The notes under the pieces: model-generated | Seen by the model: only the letters and a program-made list of their open reading frames with translations | Database searches by the model: none | What the model was told of the DNA's origin: nothing | In this document: one piece after another, positions 60,726 to 64,000 of the stretch | Position numbering within the stretch: position 1 is the first letter of the stretch | Layout: each line of letters starts with the position of its first letter | From: Octopus sinensis | Lineage: Eukaryota | Direction of reading: 5' to 3' | NCBI RefSeq assembly: GCF_006345805.1 | Contig: NC_043000.1 | Location: forward strand, 80,538,001 to 80,602,000 | Length of the DNA stretch: 64,000 nt | Position numbers and translations under genes: made by a program

Positions 60726-61433
60726 GAACCAAAAGTAATAGCAGCTTGATGAAGAGGGTAATCTAATCTTATGTTAGCAATGATGACGATGATAGTAATG
60801 GTGGTGGTCGTGGAGGAGGAGGAGGAGGACAATTGAAGCTTTGCTGATAGACCTTTGGCCACTGGATTTAGTAGGTGTTTGGAACTGCCTAGATGCTAAC
60901 CCTATAATAACTAACAATATGATCTGGTGGGTGAGTTCTTTGATATTTTAATGACTTGTGTTGGATATAACAGTTTGACTAACTCTTTGCCAAAACAAAC
61001 GACTTCAGAATTTCAACATTAAAAACATCCAGTTATAGGAACATCTACATGATTTGCAACAAACATCAACCACATCTCCTTCAAACTACATGCTACAGTG
61101 ATGATACACAACACCTGAATAAAAGATGAGGTTATCACAGCAGGAATGTCTTTGGTCATACTTTTGTAGAATTGGGACTCACTAGGGGCTAAACTACATC
61201 AACTATAACTACCATGAACCAATAAAGCAGTCAACGGGCATACTAGACAGACATTGTGACCAAATCATCTTGAAATCATGGCTTGCCATTATAAAAACAG
61301 CTGAGCACATTTCTAACATAGTCTTAGATATTTTTGGCATAAGATGCATTCAAAGGTTCTCTCTTATTGATCCACTCTATTATACTTATGGTTAAATATG
61401 CCATCTTATATCAGTTAAACATTGATTTGATAG

Positions 61434-62195
61434 TACAGTACGAGATCATTTATCCAGCAAGCATGGAACCAGAAGTGTTCTAGACTTCTGAATTTGCTTT
61501 GCGGGTGGGGGTCCTTAAAATATAAAATAAACAATGATAATTAGAGAGCTAAATTGCTTTTAACTGATTCATATTTATTAATCCACTTAAAAATTCTCAA
61601 AATATTTCAAACTGTACCATATATAATGTATAATGTTTGTACAATGAAAATTAAATGAGAGAAAGAAAGTGATTTTATTTAACAGATATTGGAACAAATT
61701 AATACAATATTAAAGAGTATGTTTAATTTTTATCAATTCACAAAAAAGTAAAGAACAAAACCATTTTTAACACATCATATATAAATTAACAAACTTCAAA
61801 AGCAAAGTCTGTTCAACCTTACCATCACTTTTTTAGAGCTTAAACTCCTTTCTAGAGCCTCAATCCCACAATCTTCACCAATTTCACCAACCCCCAGCTG
61901 TAAGAATAAATACTTAAGATATCATGCTATCCTCTTCTTTGCAGTTTGTATAAGCCATCACCAGTGAAACTTCAGCGACATTACCAACTAATTATAATAT
62001 TAAATTCTACACATCTTTTAAAAGATTTATTCAATTATTCAGTCAATATTCATTGTTTTTATATGTTTAAAAACGTCTATGTTTAACTGTACATTATGTG
62101 TGTGTATGTGCATCTGTATGCATGTGTATATTGCACAATACTGATCAGTATTCCTGGATTTCTGGAAACTGGATAAAAGGTCCAGTACTGTGTTA
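61434..62195. mobile_element. Possible pogo/Tigger-like non-autonomous element
   Basis: Imperfect inverted ends 'cagtac......tttatccag' at 61435 and about 62165-62195; internal minus-strand FTGDGLYKLQRRG resembles the CENP-B-type HTH motif. Confidence 0.35.
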
Positions 62196-62414
62196 AGATA
62201 CCCTTCATTTTTAACTAACCATAAGTCTTTGTTTCCATCCTAATATAAATACGATCCTATTTCCTTTTTTACTTAAATAAGTCTTGTTATTCTTACTAAA
62301 CACTAATCTTAACTTAAACACTAGTCTTTGATGTTATTCTTATCTAAACATAATGTTCCGTTTCCTTTCTTAGCTAAAAACAAGATTTTCCTCTGTAGCA
62401 TTTTCTTTCTCAAG

Positions 62415-62467
62415 GTTGGAAATTGTAGAAGAAACAAATGAAGTGAATGTGAAGTTTGGAGTGACAG
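62415..62467 (+). CDS. Putative exon, host gene B: LEIVEETNEVNVKFGVT
   Basis: ttttctttctcaAG acceptor, CAG|GTGATT donor, phase 2 to 1. Confidence 0.55.
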
Positions 62468-63438
62468 GTGATTTGACTGCAAACTGAAAAAAAATACCCT
62501 CTTTTGTTATGACATTCATTGTTGTTGGATAGCCCTCAACCCAACCGCGGATATTTAAGTCTATGATTGAAGGTTTTCCAACTATGGTCATTTTGTCTTT
62601 TTAACAATATGTAGGGCTACAATAGCTAGTGTGTCTTTTCTTTAAGACAGTAGAGTGTGATTTGGGAGATATAGGTTAAAATACTTCGCGTATTGTAGAA
62701 GTACAAGCAATTTACTGCCCACAAATTTCAACAAAATCTTATATGGAACCTCATTTTTTATTCCCCATTTCGTTCATTTTTATAACAATACATTTTAGTA
62801 GTTATAGTGTGCTGTGGGTCTACATAAGGATCTGAGACAAGAAAGAAATCATCTCATATAAAGAATAACATAACTTATACAAAGAATCGAAAGTAAAAAG
62901 TAAAATTTAATATAAAAGTATATAAATCAAACAAAATGTTATACACCAATAATAAAACACAGCAAAATAAAACCATAAAAATCCATAAAAATGCAGTGTA
63001 AGTGCAGTTATGTCTCCTCAAGAGATACATATACACCTATGATGCACCACATTTATTTGTACAGCATCTCACCAGTGTGGTACTGGTGTATGATGAGTCA
63101 AACAATAGTAGTATGTATGTATGTATGTACACACATAGATACATACATACATACATACATACATATGGAAAAAAGGGAAATGGTATAGTGAACTTGCCAT
63201 AAGGAGTGGAATATCCAATGTTTTGGATTCAATCTTTGTCAGGGGATGTGCAGAGAAAAAGAGTCCCTCCATCAACCTTTTCCTTCTCCTTTCTGCACAT
63301 TCTCTCTTATAAATTCTATTTCACATTAGCAGCCCATGTTATTCTGCATCCATTATCAGTTGCAGCTAGTTTTTCAAACTGAGAGGATGTAAACTCTGCT
63401 TAACTTTTTTTCTCTTTTTCTCTTCTCCCTGACAAAAG

Positions 63439-63474
63439 ATGCAATCAGAAATGTTGGATATTCCACTCCTCACA
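63439..63474 (+). CDS. Putative exon, host gene B: (D)AIRNVGYSTPH; gene continues beyond the window
   Basis: Long polypyrimidine tract + AG, consensus GTAAGT donor, 36 nt; phase 1 fits the exon at 62415-62467. Confidence 0.6.
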
Positions 63475-63593
63475 GTAAGTTCACTGTAGCCCTTTCACTT
63501 TTTTCTATATTTTTTCAAGATTATCACCTGAGTATATATATAAATATATATATATATATGTATTGAGAGAGAGAGACCAAAGTGTATGTACGC

Positions 63594-63671
<78 letters not shown>

Positions 63672-63675
<4 letters not shown>

Positions 63676-64000
63676 AGGCGCATGGCTCAGTGGTTAGAGC
63701 ATCGAGCTTACGATCGTGAGGTTGTGAGCTCGAATCCCGGACCGGGCTGCGTGTTGTGTTCTTGAGCAAGGCACTTTATTTCACGTTGCTCCAGTTCGCT
63801 CAGCTGTAGTAATGAGTTGCGACGTCACTGGTGCCAAGCTGTATCGACCTTTGTCTTTCCCTTGGATAACACTGGTGGCGTGGAGAGGGGAGGCTGGTAT
63901 GCATGGGCGACTGCTGGTCTTCCATAAACAACCTTGCCCGGACTTGTGTTTAGGAGGGTAACTTTCTAGGTGCAATCCCATGGTCATTCATGACCGAAGG
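63672..64000 (+). mobile_element. Young tRNA-derived SINE (CORE-like domain), runs to the window edge
   Basis: A box TGGCTCAGTGG (63683-63693), B box GCTCGAATCC, 'gttcttgagcaaggcacttt' core, CpGs intact. Confidence 0.92.

Noticed and set aside
60835-60935. Exon candidate with strong GTGAGT donor (…DLWPLDLVGVWNCLDANPII…)
   Set aside because: No usable acceptor and its phases do not fit the gene B chain.
61820-61895. Minus-strand terminal exon LGVGEIGEDCGIEALERSLSSKK*
   Set aside because: It lies inside a probable pogo-like element, has no linked upstream exon, and is antisense to the better-supported gene B.
62370-62591. 73-aa minus-strand ORF
   Set aside because: Better explained as the antisense of the plus-strand exon 62415-62467, which has good splice sites and a phase-matched neighbour.
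627-63987. Numerous ORFs rich in YI, HT, VC, MYVC, poly-L, poly-E/K/R, poly-D/H
   Set aside because: They are translations of (TA)n, (CA)n, (TATG)n, (TAA)n, (GAA)n and (GAT)n microsatellites, with no coding evidence.

Overview
AT-rich, microsatellite-dense, repeat-dominated eukaryotic genomic DNA. By inference it is a coleoid cephalopod, most likely Octopus, judged from my recognition of the tRNA-derived SINE families; this is not confirmed by any search. Most ORFs in the track are spurious microsatellite translations or transposon debris. Recognisable content: at least six decayed R4/Dong-type (restriction-like endonuclease) LINE fragments next to (TAA)n or (GAA)n arrays; two CR1/Jockey-group APE LINEs; RTE and Penelope-like (PLE) fragments; one LTR; seven Tc1/mariner relics clustered at 31.8-50.8 kb; and dozens of tRNA-SINE copies. 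Short, phase-compatible + strand exons suggest one or two unidentified host genes (7.9-17.0 kb and 58.2-63.5 kb). The most notable signals are: (1) several hammerhead-ribozyme motifs in different small elements, including a near-canonical one inside a 346-bp retrozyme-like unit and one inside a TSD-flanked tRNA-SINE; (2) a 5S-rRNA-headed SINE-like element sharing its tail with tRNA-SINEs; (3) a 304-bp-arm foldback palindrome; (4) a non-coding element always anchored on (TAA)n; (5) two apparently identical tandem duplications with microsatellite breakpoints. All alignments and folds were done by eye.
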